This document shows positions 24,558-37,974 of a DNA stretch of 64,000 bases, piece by piece; position 1 is the stretch's first letter; each line of letters begins with the position of its first letter. The notes under the pieces are model-generated. The model did no database searches. It saw only the letters and a list, made by a program, of their open reading frames with translations, and was not told the DNA's origin. The position numbers and the translations under genes were made by a program. The stretch is from Zootoca vivipara (taxonomy: Eukaryota), in assembly GCF_963506605.1 (NCBI RefSeq), contig NC_083282.1, positions 8,866,001 to 8,930,000 on the forward strand, written 5' to 3'.

Positions 24558-24693
24558 CAGGCACCCCCAAACTGCGGCCCTCCAGATGTTTTGGCCTACA
24601 ACTCCCATGATCTCTAGCTAACAGGACCAGTGGTCAGGGAAGATGGGAATTGTAGTCCAAAACATCTGGAGGGCCGAAGTTTGGGGATGCCTG
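24558..24693. mobile_element. hAT MITE (URR1/Charlie-like palindromic)
   Basis: TIR CAGGCACCCCCAAACT...AGTTTGGGGATGCCTG; perfect 8-bp TSD ATCTAAAC. Confidence 0.92.
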
Positions 24694-25171
24694 ATCTAAA
24701 CTATCCCTCCAAGTCTTCATCCCTCACGCTCTACTTTCCATGGCTGGTGTTGCCACAACAGAAGCAAAGGTAAAAAGAAGAGAGGGCAATCTCCCTACAG
24801 TCTGTCTCCTCTCCTACATCAGACACTCTCCTACTAAAAAGGTAGGGAGGGAATGGATCCTGATTTACTCCTGATGACCTTGTTGAGATTGGGCACAGAA
24901 ATAATCAAGCTTTTTCTGCACGTTGGAAAAAAGTATGGCCTTTAACAAGCTCACGGGGGGACTTCTCTCCACCATTACTGGAAGCTGACACATAGAAGCC
25001 CTGAGTGCTGGAGTAGTATTTAGCATGTCCAATGGGTGGGACCCTACTCTGAGGGAGCCTGCTAAGGAAGGACATTGCTTATAGTGAATATCAAAAGAGA
25101 CCTGCATAGCTGTGTTCCTGCCTTTATATTCACGATAAGCATTTTGCAAGTCTCATCCCTTTGCCTCCAAG

Positions 25172-26852
25172 GAATAATGTGAGTGAACAGGTGAGGTCCC
25201 TGTGGGCTGAAGGCAGGCAAATGTTGTCCGCATCTTAAAGGGGGGTGGGGAGAAGACCCAGGTGGCTACCGACTGGTCAGCTTGACATCAATACTGTACC
25301 AGGAAAGATTCTTAAATAGTCAGTCTGTGAGCACTTAGAATAGGGTGCTGTGATTACCAAGACCAAGCATGGGTCTCTTAAAGATAGGTCTTACCAGACA
25401 AATTTCATTTCTTTTTTTGATGGTGTTACAAGCTTGGTGGATCAGGAGAATGCAGTAGAAATTGTGTATCTTGATCTCAGTAAGGATTTTGACAAAGTCC
25501 CTCAGGATATTCATGCAGAGAGGCTAGTAAAATGCCGGCTGGATTAGGTTACTTGTTAAATGGATTTGTAGCTGGTTGACTGACCAAACCCCAAAAGTGA
25601 TCACTAATGGTTTCTCATCATCCTGGAAAAAAGTGACAAGTGGGGTGCCGCAAGGTTCTGTCCTGGGCCCGTTGTTGTTCAGTATCTTTAGAAACGACTT
25701 GGATGAAGGAATTAAGGGGAAGCTCATCAGCAGGTGGCGCTGTGGGTTAAAGCACAAAGCCTAGGGTTTGCTGATCAGAAGGTCAGCGGTTCGAATCCCT
25801 GCAATGGGGTGAGCTCCCGTTGCTTGGTTCCAGCTCCTGCCAACCTAGCAGTTCGAAAGCATGTCAAAGTGCAAGTAGATAAATAGGTACTGCTACAGCG
25901 GGAAGGTAAACGGCGTTTCCGTGCACTGCTCTGGTTCGCCAGAAGCAGCTTTGTCATGCTGGCCACATGACCTGGAAGCTGTACGCCGGCTCCCTCGGCC
26001 AATAACGCGAGATGAGCACTGCAACCCCAGAGTCGGTCACGACTGGACCTAATGGTCAGGGGTCCCTTTACCTTTACCTTACATCAGATTTGCAGGCCCC
26101 CCCATCAAACTGGGAGGGTAGCTAATGCCGCAGAACACAAAATCAGGCTTCAGTATGACTGACAGATTGGAGAACAGGGCCAAAACTAACAAAATGATTT
26201 TCAATAGGGGTATATGTAAGATTCAACACTTGGGCAGGAAGAACCTGCTGCACAAATAAAAGATATAAGACACATCTTATATTTATTTTTTCCTCAAAAA
26301 AACACACTATGGCTTATTTTCAAGGGATGTCTTATAGGCTGAGAAGCTGGAACATGTGCAGAGGGGGGAGACCAAGATGATCAAGGGTCTGGAAAGGTGA
26401 GTGGGTTGGGAATGTTTAGCCTGGAAAAGAGGAGACTTAAAGAGGAGATATAATGGCCATATTCAGATATCTAAAGGGCTGGAAGATGGAGCAAGCTTGT
26501 TTTCTCTGCTCCACAGGGTAGGATCTGAACCAAGGGATTTAAGTTACAAGAAAGGGGGTTCCGACTACCTTGTGAACCACTCTGAGATCCTCAGATGACG
26601 GGCGGCGTATAAATAAATAAATAAATAATAAAAAATAACTAAAATTCAGGAAAAACTTTCTGATGATAAGAGCCTTTTGACAGTGGAACGGATTCCTTGA
26701 AAGGTGGTGAACTCTGTTTCCTTGGAGGCTTTTAGGCAGAGGTTGGATGGCAATCTGTCATGAATGCTTTAGCTGAGATTTCTGCCTCACAGGCAGTTGG
26801 ACTAGCTGACCCTCGGGGTCCCTTCCAACTCTACAATTCTATGATTCTATGA
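25172..26852 (+). mobile_element. Degenerate CR1 LINE (RT region to 3' tail) with nested insertions
   Basis: Frameshifted RT motifs [28 protein letters not shown] and KLI.FA, ending in TTCTATGATTCTATGA. Interrupted by a Sauria SINE, a MITE fragment (~26262-26335) and an L2 tail (~26570-26640). Confidence 0.92.
25731..26081 (+). mobile_element. Sauria SINE nested in CR1 RT
   Basis: Near full-length body with (ACCTTT)n tail; CATCAG duplicated at 25725-25730 and 26082-26087. Confidence 0.93.
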
Positions 26853-29265
26853 GTGGAAATTCTAAATAGTACAAAGTTTAATTGAACAGCTAGCATATGT
26901 TCCCTCTCAAAAGGTTCCAGCAATTTAGTGGTTTGACACTGTTGAATCTTGTAGGATCACTACAGGACTCAGCCAAAAAAGAATGAGAATCCAATGAAAG
27001 AATCTAGATGTTTTCCTGCTTACCGACAAAAGCAAGGAAACGAAATACATCATTTGGAATTCATTAGCAAAGAATCCAGCTCTGACCCAGTGAACTAGAA
27101 TCCCTGATAGGAGGGCTTGGGCAGGTCTCCAGAGCTGATGGAGTCAGCCGCTGAGTGCATTAGCATCCCACCTGCCAGCTGGCTCAAAGAGCTGTTTTCT
27201 GTCAATGTGCGGAATGAGCAACCGGGACATAATCTACCTGTCCCAAGACAGGCCAGAGAAAGGAAAAGGGCTGCTGAGTTTGAGCAGTCGAGCACTTACT
27301 ATGAAGACAAACCAAAGCAAAAGAAGAGAACGGCAAAGTAGTTATTTACTGGGATGCGTTATAGAAATGATAAACAATGACTAATAACTGACCACATAAT
27401 TGTTTAGCGTAATATCACACCCCTTGATAGTCTGTATGTCTGGCCTCTCGACCTGCTTTGCCCTTCTGAGAGCCAGGAGAGATCCCCCTTCTTCCAAGAA
27501 ACCACAATGGGAAATGACTGCTCTTCTAGCCATCCTTGCTTGAGGGCTTTGTAACCCCTGGAGCCATTACATCTTCATCTCATACCTAACCAATTGCCTA
27601 ACAACCAACAAACCCCACAATAAAATAATAATAACTACAGATAATTTGTTATGTATTGGAACTGTTACTGGGTGCTTGGGAACAGAAGTGCTATGAAATC
27701 AAGGTTGACAGAACAGCAAGGCATCTATTGTAAGTGCAGTAAAGATCTGCTACAGCTCTGCAGTTGATTGTTCAGTTGCCCCTTCATTATACATGCATTT
27801 ACTTCTGGCTTCTTGCTCAGATTTCTGAATATGTGAGGTTACACCTACACTACAAGTTTGGACAGTATTGGCTTAAACCTGGTTTCACTCCAAAGAATCC
27901 TGGGACCTGCAGTTTGGTGAGGGTGTTGCGTAGTCTCACTTAGAGATTATTTGCCCTCCACACAAGACTACGGTTTCCAGGGTTCTTGGGAAAGTCCTAA
28001 CCGAGCTGCAATGTGTGAATATATCATGAATTTGGGTTTGCCCTCCTTTTGTAAATCCAATGATGCAATTTCATTTCCACCATTCCTATTTGATCCAAGA
28101 CTGCAGAGATCAAGTGAGGCCATGGGCCAGTGGGAGGCTGTGCCATGCATCATGGATGCTTTAGTTGAGATTCCTGCATTGCAGGGCTTTGGATTAGATG
28201 ACCCTCACTTTCCCTTCCAACGCCTTATGTCTTTGTATAACCAGAAGTACAGGGGGGAAAATGTGGAATTTGTTTTCATTAAATGTGTGGTTTTGATCTT
28301 AGAAATTCAGGACAGCAGATTTAATTGATGTCTCCAAGTGAGGATTCTGTTACTTGGCAGGATTTCTTTTTTCTATTTTTTTCTATTTCTAGTTCCTGGA
28401 AATACAGGAACTGAGAGAAACACAGAAATCTTGAACATAAACTTTGCTCAACCTGCCCCTCCCCTCCCCAGCAACCATTCCACTCAAATGAAATGAATTT
28501 GCACACAGAACAAACACGACGCCAGAATTCTAATTGCAATCTACGCAGAGAGGGTTCTCTTCTCAACTTGCCATATAGCTTTCCTCCCCGCCCCGCCCCC
28601 CAGAGGGATATTTAAACAGGTAGGAATTTTTCAAGTAAATGATTGCAACTTATCGAAAATAATGTGCTACTTAGTTTCTGAGGAGAGAATCCTGGCAGGC
28701 AGCTCCAAGAAGCAGCACGGGAGCAGATGGAGTGATTAGTCTGTGATTTTCAAAAGGGCTTTTTCCTGCCTCCACTGTGCTTAAAATGTGCTGGGAAAAT
28801 CAAGGCACCCCTGAGGAGGAAGAGGCGCTAACACTGCAACCGCAGTGGCACTGGTCTGCTTCCTGCAACCATTGCCCAAAAGGAATCAGGGATTTCTCAC
28901 TCTTAGAAGGGTGGTTGGCATGAGATGCTCCTAGGGCTGGGAGGGAATAGAATATCATCATGGCCACAGGGCATTTTCACCCTTGTGGAAGACCTGGACA
29001 CAGTCTTAAGCGTGGTGAAAGTGGTTTGCACACAGTTGCAGTGTGAAAACAAATGCCTCAGAATTAGAGTGTAGCTAGGAGGTGGCCTAGGGCCCCTGAA
29101 ACCTGGGGTTTTTTTAAACTAGGTCCCAGTTCTCCTCCCATTATTCCCTTAAAAAAAATTAATACTTTGCTTACAGTGCAGTGCAGTGCAAATGACACCC
29201 TGCAAATAAGACCTGCATCACAGGAGGTTGGACTAGATGATCCTTGGGGTATGATTCTATGATTT

Positions 29266-29891
29266 TATGAGTCAACAGCAGCAAAAAAAAAAACCACACA
29301 CACACACACCCAACAGCCTATGTTGCTCTAGGCTGCATCAACAGCCTAAAAGAAAAGAGTAGTGTCTGATCAAGGGAAGTAATGGTACTTCTCTATCCTG
29401 CCTTGGTCAGACCACTCCTGGAGTACCGGTACTGTCTTGAATTCTGGGTATTACAATTTAAGAAGGAGATTAAGAAGATGGACTGTGTGCAGATGAAGGC
29501 AACCAAGATGATCAAGGGTCTGGAAACCAAGATTTAGGGAGTTGGGTATGGTTAGCCTGGAAAAGAGGAAACAGGGAGGATATATGACAGCCATCTTTAA
29601 ATATCTGAAGAACTGCCACATGGAAGATTGTTTTCTCCTGCTCGGAGAATAGAACCTGAAGCAATGGATTAAAACGACAAGAAATGAGATTCTGACTAAA
29701 CATCAGGAAGAACTTTCTGACAGTGGAACAAACTCCCTTAGAAGATGGAGGGCTCTCCTTCCTTGGAGGGTTTTAAGCAGAGGTTGGGTGGTCCTCTGTC
29801 AGGGATGTTTTAGTTGAGATTCCTGTGTTGCAGGGGTTTGGATTAGATGACCTTTGGGGTGCCTTCCATCTCTACAATTCTATGATTCTAT
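29266..29891 (+). mobile_element. CR1 LINE 3' fragment
   Basis: CTAGGCTGCATCAAC...GCCTTGGTCAGACC...3' UTR ending CTACAATTCTATGATTCTAT. Confidence 0.88.
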
Positions 29892-29894
29892 CAA

Positions 29895-30085
29895 GCTACT
29901 CCATTGTTGGAGGTAGCATGCCTCTGAATACCAGTTGTTGGGAACCACAAGTTGGGAGAGTGGTGTTGTACTTAAGTCCTGCTTGTGTGGTTCCCATAGG
30001 CATCCGGTGGGCCACTGTGGGAGCAGGATACTGGACCAAATGTGCCTCGGCCTGATCCAGCAGGGCTATTCTGATGTTCTTATGC
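29895..30085 (+). mobile_element. CR1 3' end, second subfamily
   Basis: Similar to 15296-15542; ends GATCCAGCAGGGCTATTCTGATGTTCTTATG. Confidence 0.7.
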
Positions 30086-31660
30086 TGCATCAAATGCAAA
30101 TATGTTTGTTGTCAACGACAGAATTATAAGACAAAACTTGGACATTTCATCCAGTGGCAACCCAGATAGATGGAGGCAACTGATAGGGCAGAGTCAAGCA
30201 GCTGGAAATGACTGCAAACCTACATATGAAAAACCTTATATATGAAAAAATGCATTTCCAATTCACTGTGGCTAGGAAGGATTGCCACATCTAGGGAGGA
30301 AGAGGACAATAAAAATGGCAGCCACTTGTTAGTCTAGATTTCATTCCTAGATATTCATATTTTTAAATGCCCAACTCCACAACCTTTTAGGAAAAAAACA
30401 AGCAAACCCAAACCCGTAGCCAAGTAGGAAAGGAAAATTGCACAGCGGCAGCTCCCACCACCAGGTGTGAGAGACCTCCCTCGCTGTCTTCCAACTCTCG
30501 GTATAATTAAACAAGCAAGTAAACCTTGGAAACTTAATTACCCTACAATATTACTTTGTTGCTGATCTCTGACCCAGCTGCCAAACTCCTGGGAGCCAGG
30601 AGGTCGAAACTGTCAGGATCCTATTATCTTGTCAACTTCTTTTCCCCTTGAAGAAACTAAAACAAATATTTAAGGGCCTCCTCCTGGTGTTTGCAGGGGA
30701 GGTTCTCCTTTAGGTGTCCCTGACCTGACCTCAGCTAGCTCTGCTTGAAGCCTTAGGGTTGTTTTGACACCGCTGACCTCTTGGCAAGTTTACTCAAGGT
30801 AGGGGAGGATGGACTCCAAGCAGACTAATTCCAAATGCAAACAGAGCCCTTGCTCAGCATGGAGCCCGCACCGGGTTGCAAGAGGCTTCATCAAATGAAG
30901 CAGTTCCCCTTTCCTAACCAGAGGGGGATTAGCAGGCTGCAGCTGCAGCTGTGAAATGCAATCCATCCTGTCTCTGTACCTAAGGCCACCCTGAGCTAGA
31001 AAGGATCTCCGTTTGCAGGCTGCTTCATCCCACTAACGTGCTAGTCTTCAACAGGCCAGCACACACATCCTCAGGTGGGCAGAAAAAAGGAAGAACAACC
31101 TCACAGGAACTGGTAGCTTCCCCATGAAGGAGCCCCCCCCCGGCCCCCGAGCATCAGAGTCTGACTGTTGAGTGTATTTTAGCTGAACCGTTACTTGCCG
31201 GCTTGGTTCACCGCACCTGAATAAGCATTAAATGCTTGTGACTGTAACTGTACCTCAAGGAGGTGGAAGTGGGAGCAGGAGTAAACCAAAGTCATGGTGT
31301 TTTTCTTCAATAAGATGCTTGCATGTGCGGGTCCTCAAAAGCTCCAAATCTGCCATCTGAACACCAATTGCATAGTTTTGTGGCAAGCTATAACAGCATG
31401 CAGATTTGAAGGGATATGTCAAGATTAACCATTCTACCAACTTTCCTTTTGACCATTTGAGACTAGAAAAAATAGCCATCGTTGTGTATACACATCTGCT
31501 TGCCCTCAGCTGGCATGGGAGATTTCTGCTGTTTGTGGAATTCTCTCCCTAGGGAGACTCGCCTAAATATTTTTTTCTTTTCAGAGAGGCAGTGATTCAC
31601 TTTAAGAACTGGCTGCAGATGGTGAAAGCTAATTGTGTAAATGAGTTTTTAAAAATGTTT

Positions 31661-32030
31661 AATAATAATAATATTTTTTTTAATACCCCGCCCTCCCCAG
31701 TCAAAACTGGGCTCAGGATGGCTGACACAGTAAAATTGCAATAAGACATAAAAGAAAAAAACAAATTAATTAAAATACAGGTTAAGATACAATTTAAGAT
31801 TTAAAATTTTAAAAAATGCAGCCTCATTTTAAAATAGCCCAATCAAAACCACAAGGTGGAAAACATAGGGGTCAGACTGAGTCCAGCCCAAAGGCCAGGT
31901 GGAACAGCTCAGTCTTGCAGGCCCTGCGGATGTCAAATCCTGCAGGGCCCTGGTCTCCTGTGAGAGAGTGTTCCACCAAGTCGGGGCCAGTACTGAAAAG
32001 GCCCTGGCCCTAGTTGAGGCCAATCTAACT
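31661..32030 (-). mobile_element. L2 LINE 3' fragment
   Basis: Minus strand encodes RARAFSVLAPTWWNTL; 3' end has GGGCGGGGTAT followed by an (AAT)n tail. Confidence 0.85.
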
Positions 32031-33104
32031 AGGCCTCATTGATAGGCACATTGATAGAGAATAAATCCATTATTGTTTATTAGCTAACATAATCTATAGA
32101 CGCAACCTCCGTCTCATCTGTGCTGCTAAAGAGCTGAATTCTAAATGCTCTCTGAGGGCTTGTGGCCTTTACTCAGCTAGAGATATCTCAGCTAGAGAAA
32201 CAAAGATGAAATGCATGAAGCGAGGAGATCCTAATGGTTGGTGTGCTTGTCCCCGCCCTGCCCCCAACATTTTCTTTCAACGGACACCCATCTTTGAGTA
32301 ACCTCTGAGTTGTGTGTTTTTTTTTAAAAGCACATGGGACAAGCTTATGAGCTGTTACCTGGCAATGTAGTCACAGCCAACAGCCTCTGGTACTAGAGAC
32401 CCTATGTGGCAGTCCCTGGCCGGATGGTAGTTCTTATATGCTTTACCTCTTTTACGATGACAGCCTTATGTTGAGCAAAGCCTACAACATCAGCAGGCAG
32501 TGGCTGAAAAAAAGGGAGCAGAAAACTCCTGCTGTGCACCAAATCAAAATCATACCCCAGCAAACCATCTGGTCCTTGTAAACGTAAAATAAGATTAAAA
32601 GTACACCAGAGCCTTGTCCTCCCTTCAGGTGAAATTACGGTATGTTTGCTTCTCAGAGGGAAAAGGAGATGCAGCGCAAGCAATCGGTTTGCTTTTTGTG
32701 CACTGCGTGGGATCCCTGTTCACCCTCCGGCAACAGGCAGCCTCCTTCTCCCTTCATTTCATGAGTCTGCAACAGTTGAGTTGTAGTGTTATCAATAACT
32801 CTCTGTTCGGCACTCATTATAAAACATAATTTATATATCCTAATGGTGCTACAGGTAATGATGATATAATAAATAATTACAATTTTCTCCCACCTTTCCT
32901 TTAGAGAGCTCAGTGAGCTAAAAACAAAACAAAACAGGATTCCCAAGTGACCTCCCATCCAGGGATGGGCCAGTCTAATTCACAGGATTCGGCACACAGC
33001 AGGGATGTTGTGCAAGGAACAAGAGGGTGGTTGGGCAGTGAGTGACTCAGAAAGGACAGAGGACCACTTGGCAATCACAGACCAAAAGCAGAATTAAAAT
33101 ATTT

Positions 33105-33270
33105 CCACTGTGGAAGGACGAAGAAGTTCATACCAAAGAAGAATGGATAAGCAAAGTGATGGATTATGCTGAATCAGCAAAACGAACAGCTAAAATAAGA
33201 GAACTTAATGATGACTGTTTTATGGAAGAATGGAAGCCCTTTTTTGGACAATTTAAATAAATATTACAAT
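33105..33270 (+). mobile_element. L1-clade LINE ORF2 C-terminal remnant
   Basis: WKDEEVHTKEEWISKVMDYAESAKRTAKIRE...FMEEWKPF resembles the non-mammalian L1 ORF2 end. Confidence 0.65.
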
Positions 33271-34761
33271 ATTACAATCAGACCAATCCTGTTCTTACAG
33301 TGGCCAACCAGATGCCTGAACGTTCTCCCCTTCTGTGGTTTCCAGCAACTGGTTCTCAGATGCAACTGGTACTCAGAAGAAAGAAGTAGAGCAAAGGCTG
33401 GGTACTTCTTTCATTTTGTTGGATGGTGTTCCTACTACCTGTGAGCAGTTTAAATGGCAACATTGTTAAAAAAAAACATTGTTGTATTTCAGCTTGCTGA
33501 AAAACTTTTGCTTAAAGCTCCACGTGTCTTGCAAGCTGAACCGATGCAGTCAGAAGTAAGCACCACTAAGCTCAATGGAGCTTACCCCAAGGTAACTATG
33601 CAGAAGACTGCAGTCTTTCCACAAAAAGTGAGGTCTTCACAGTCCAACCAGCAGCAGAGCATCCCCCGCCTGTGCCCAGAAGGACGCAAGAAAGACACAA
33701 CAGCTCCCGGTGTCTTCCCTGCAAACAGCGCTGCTCAAAAAGCAGCACTGGGCTTGCAGGGACCAGGGCCTTACTGAAGTCAAAATAAGCTATGATGGGC
33801 TATTGCATTTCCAAAAGGACCACCGATAAACACATCATTTTCTTAAAATAGGTGAATAACCATTTGTACATGTCTACCACCAAGGAGGAGTTAACTACGA
33901 CAATATAATTAACACCTCTCATTAGATCGTAGTTATTACTGTCAGTATACCAATGAGAATAATTATGATCAGGGTACATGCATGGCCAAATAATATTAAC
34001 ACTTGTAGTGTTAAATGACATTGGTATTATTTAGTTGTGTATGGGTGCTTGTGTCCTGATATCCAGTTGGTATCATTTCTGTTGCAGTGTGAATCTGTTG
34101 CTAACAGCCCTCCCTTTAGTATTCCTGGCAAAATGTTCTGTGTGCCTGGGATGCACTAGGAGTCGCCTTGTCCTTGTGTTAATAAATAAGTGAATTTATA
34201 TGTGTATGAGCTTACCTATTCCAAACTCACCTAAACTAAAACTCCTCAAATATGTATTCTCCCCCTCTGCAAAAGAAAAAAGAAGAAGCGCTTATTGCAT
34301 TCTTCTTCCTTATCATGCCTTTAACCCAATCCCACAGATGGATCTGTGCTCTGAAATTACACCCAAGTGTTATTCATTTGCCATTCCCAGGACAATTCCC
34401 TGTCACAACTTAGCTCTTAAGGGGAGAAATCCATTTGTTTTAATAGAATTTTTTTAGAAACACTAAGAAATTGTGGAACAAACCAATGCAGCATATTAAG
34501 TAAACCTAACATGCACTAGAAAGTCCACTTGCCAGAATTGGGCTCCCTAGATGTAGCCTGTAGGATGAATTTATTCATGCATTTATTTAAAGGAACACCC
34601 TACTCGACCCTCCAGAACTCAGGGCAAAATTCTCCCGTAGAATAACAAGAGAGGAGAAAAGCAATGTTTTCTAGACTGGAGAATTGGAGAATATTGAGCC
34701 CCAAGTGGGGAAGGGATGCATGTCTTCCCTACTTCGCTGATCATGCATACGATGTAGACTG

Positions 34762-34851
34762 CATAGCTGCCAAGTTATCCCTTTTTAAAAGGGATTTTCC
34801 CTTATGCTGAATAGGCTTCCTCGCAAGAAAAGGGAAAACTTGGCAGCTATG
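34762..34851. mobile_element. 90-bp hAT MITE
   Basis: TIR CATAGCTGCCAAGTT...AACTTGGCAGCTATG; perfect 8-bp TSD GTAGACTG. Confidence 0.93.
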
Positions 34852-36281
34852 GTAGACTGAAAACCAAATCAAACAAAATAAAAAAGTACCAAAGGGTTCA
34901 TTTGTCAGTATTTGGAGATAAGCGAGTTTAGCCCTGGCATGTAGAGAGTTAAGCGGGGAAAGGACTTGGCAAGAGGGGAGGGGTGTGTGAGGAGCTCCTA
35001 CCCATCAAGCTTTATTGTGTTATTCCAACTAAGCAGAGACAAAAAGACAAATCTAAGCTCCCCACTTTCATTTATAATTGAACCCAGTCCAGAAGGATGG
35101 AGCAAGCACCATCTGTAAGGCAGAGCGCACTAGCAGCCGGCGGAATGAAATATTCAAATTACTGTAGGCTACCTCGCATTTTAATGACAGGGTTACAAAA
35201 AACTGACTTGTAAGTGACGATTGCACTGGAAGAAAAGAAAGTTGGATTTTCTAGTGCATGAATTAACGGAACAAAAAGGCACTTTCAGTGCACGGGTGTG
35301 TGGTTTTGCAACATATCCAGAATGGTGTACAAGACAAAAGAATTGCTCCACTTAGCTCTTTTAATTGATCAGCAGTCCTTGGAGAGGTTTTTAACCAAAA
35401 GAGGCAATTCCATACCTTACTTTGTTTATGGAAGCAATACTACTGTCGCTTAAGTGTTTTACCTTACTTGACTATGTAAAGATAGATGTGACTTTTTGGC
35501 ACTGTGCTCAGCCTTTCTCCATATCATATCAAGACAGGTGAGAAAGCTGCTGATATAATCAATACCACAAGATCCTTCAGCTATAGCAACAGGGAAGATA
35601 AAGAGGCTAATTATTTCTATAAGGTTGTTTATGCTGTAGCTGACCAAATATCTACGGCTGGTTACAGTTTATTTGTGGTGAGGGAAGCACTTTGCCCATG
35701 CTCAAAGACAGAGTGTTTTATTTCTGTGTTTAAATCTAGAACTGCAGTCCAATAAGAACTAACACAGGGGGACCTACTTATGAGTAAACATACATAGGAT
35801 GGCACACTAAGCCCTAATGAACATTACCTTGAGCAAGGACAAATGGGAAGACTCAGTTTAAGATGCAACACAATCTAAATAAAACGTTAGAAGCATAAAA
35901 TCTCATGGAGAATCCTGCATGGAGAAAAACAGGATTATGAATGCTTTAACACGTTTAAAGACGTACATGCAGGAGTTGAATGCGAGACCCATATTAGAAA
36001 GGAGAAGTGGCAATATTTTTATTATTATGTATCTAGATATTGTTCTTGAAAATAAATAACAATATACAAAAAGAAAAAGAAAGGAGAAGTGACTGAGAGC
36101 TGCAACCCCCAATGCCCCCTATTTTCTTGTGGTCCCAAACTGAAAGACATATTTCTTCAATGTCTTTTAAAAATTACTATTTTAAATGTTGGCAGCACCT
36201 TGTCAATTTACAGGGTTATTCAATCACAATTTCTCTAGGAGCTGAGGAATATTTTTGGCAGAAGATGCGACCTTTCTTATT

Positions 36282-36551
36282 TAAAGGAACCCCTGACCGT
36301 TAGGTCCAGTCATGGGCAACTCTGGAGTTGTGGCGCTCATCTCCCTTTACTGGCCGAGGAAGCTGGCACACAGCCAGGTCATAACACATTCCAGGTCATA
36401 ACTAAGCCGCCTCTGGCGAACCAGAGCAGCACACGGAAACACCGTTTACCTTTCCGCCGGAGCGGTATCTGTTGTGGGAATTCGAACCGCCGACTGTCTG
36501 ATCAGCAAGCCCTAGGCTCTGTGGTTTAGACCACAGCGCCACCTGCGTCCC
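36282..36551 (-). mobile_element. Sauria SINE with internal deletion
   Basis: Intact 5' end GGGACGCAGGTGGCGCTG; lacks the ~85-nt CTACTTGCAC...GAGCTCACC segment. TTCTTATTTA on both flanks. Confidence 0.88.
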
Positions 36552-37974
36552 TTCTTCTTATTTACTAAACTACAAATACTTTTGGTATTTCTAAAATGTC
36601 AGTTTTAGGCATATAAACTATTCAGGCCACTCCTTCCTCATTTAAATAGGATTACCATGTCTGCTGCTACCCAACGTGCAGTTCAGCATCGGCACATTCA
36701 TGGCATCATTCACCCATGTTGCCAATTGCTGGCTTGTGTCTGAACCACCCAGTGCAAGATATGCATTTCAACAAGACTGGAGCGATATGCAAAATTCATG
36801 TGCTTAAAAGGCTGCTTTACTCTGACCTGTGCCACACTGGAATGAGGTCTCTTCCTTTTGAGACTCTTGCATTAACAAATGCAAATGGTATGCAACATAC
36901 AGTAGTTAGAAATGCTAGCACTCTATTCAGCGTGATTTAGGCCTCAGGTGAACTGCTGCTGCTTAGTTTCTTTTGCCACAGAGGATCAAACTAAGAACAA
37001 ATAAGGATTTAGAACATGTTGCATGAAAGAAAAGAGACAGATTTAAACTTGCAATGGTGCAGCTCACCAGGGTAAGAGAATGTTCTGAGAAAAGAAAAAG
37101 AGGAGAGGAGAGACCTGCAGAATGGTGTAATTTCTAAGCCTGTTTTTCATTACTTATTGTCTGCTGTCTGGCTGTTGGAATCTGTGTTAATGGTGTCTGT
37201 TACAGAGGGAGGAAGCTGCTATCTGAGCCACAAGCACCAAAAAGTCACCTTCCCTTGGTCTCTGGCAGACACCATTAGGCAATGACCCCTACTTCATATG
37301 CTCTCTAATACCCTCCACTCAGTGGAATACGGGTCAATCCACAGCATCCGACAGAGCTAAAATCTGGCTCTTTAGGGAGCGCCTGCAGTCTTCAATGTCG
37401 CTTTCCACCAAGTCGGGTTGTAGTCACTCAGTGCAGGAGTTTCATTAGCCCTCAGCCATGACACAGTGCAATGATATATTTAAGCAATAATGATCAGCAA
37501 GCCAGCAGTGTCTGTGTTTAAAGTATTGCTGCAGAACGGGGGTAAACACGGCCAAGAGAAATCCTCTGCCCAGCTTTCAATGGCACTGGTCTTGCCCTTC
37601 CATGCTCCAGCCTCAGGCTCCAATTTAAATGGGTGAAACAAAGAGTGGATTGCCCCAAGGCAACCAACACAAGAAAAACATGTGGCTTGCTAACAAGCAT
37701 CCTAGAGAGCGGTGGAGGGATTCACATACCATACCAAGAAAGATCACAATCATCTCCACAGGTCTGTATTCTGGCTGCTACTTCGGCGGGCGTCATATAT
37801 GTTAACTTGGCATTTATAGTATGTTTAGATTCTTCAGCAGTATTCCTCAAATAAATTTCTCTCAGACCTAAACCAATGAAGCAGATATATCCAAAAAAGC
37901 ATTGTGCATAAGATCTACCTATATGTAAAGCAGGTCTAAATGGGGATGAAGGGAAAAGGAGAGAGCACCCAACC

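Noticed and set aside
25172-26852. Intact autonomous retrotransposon
   Set aside because: It is 5'-truncated and frameshifted, and the RT catalytic motif is interrupted by a SINE and degenerate.
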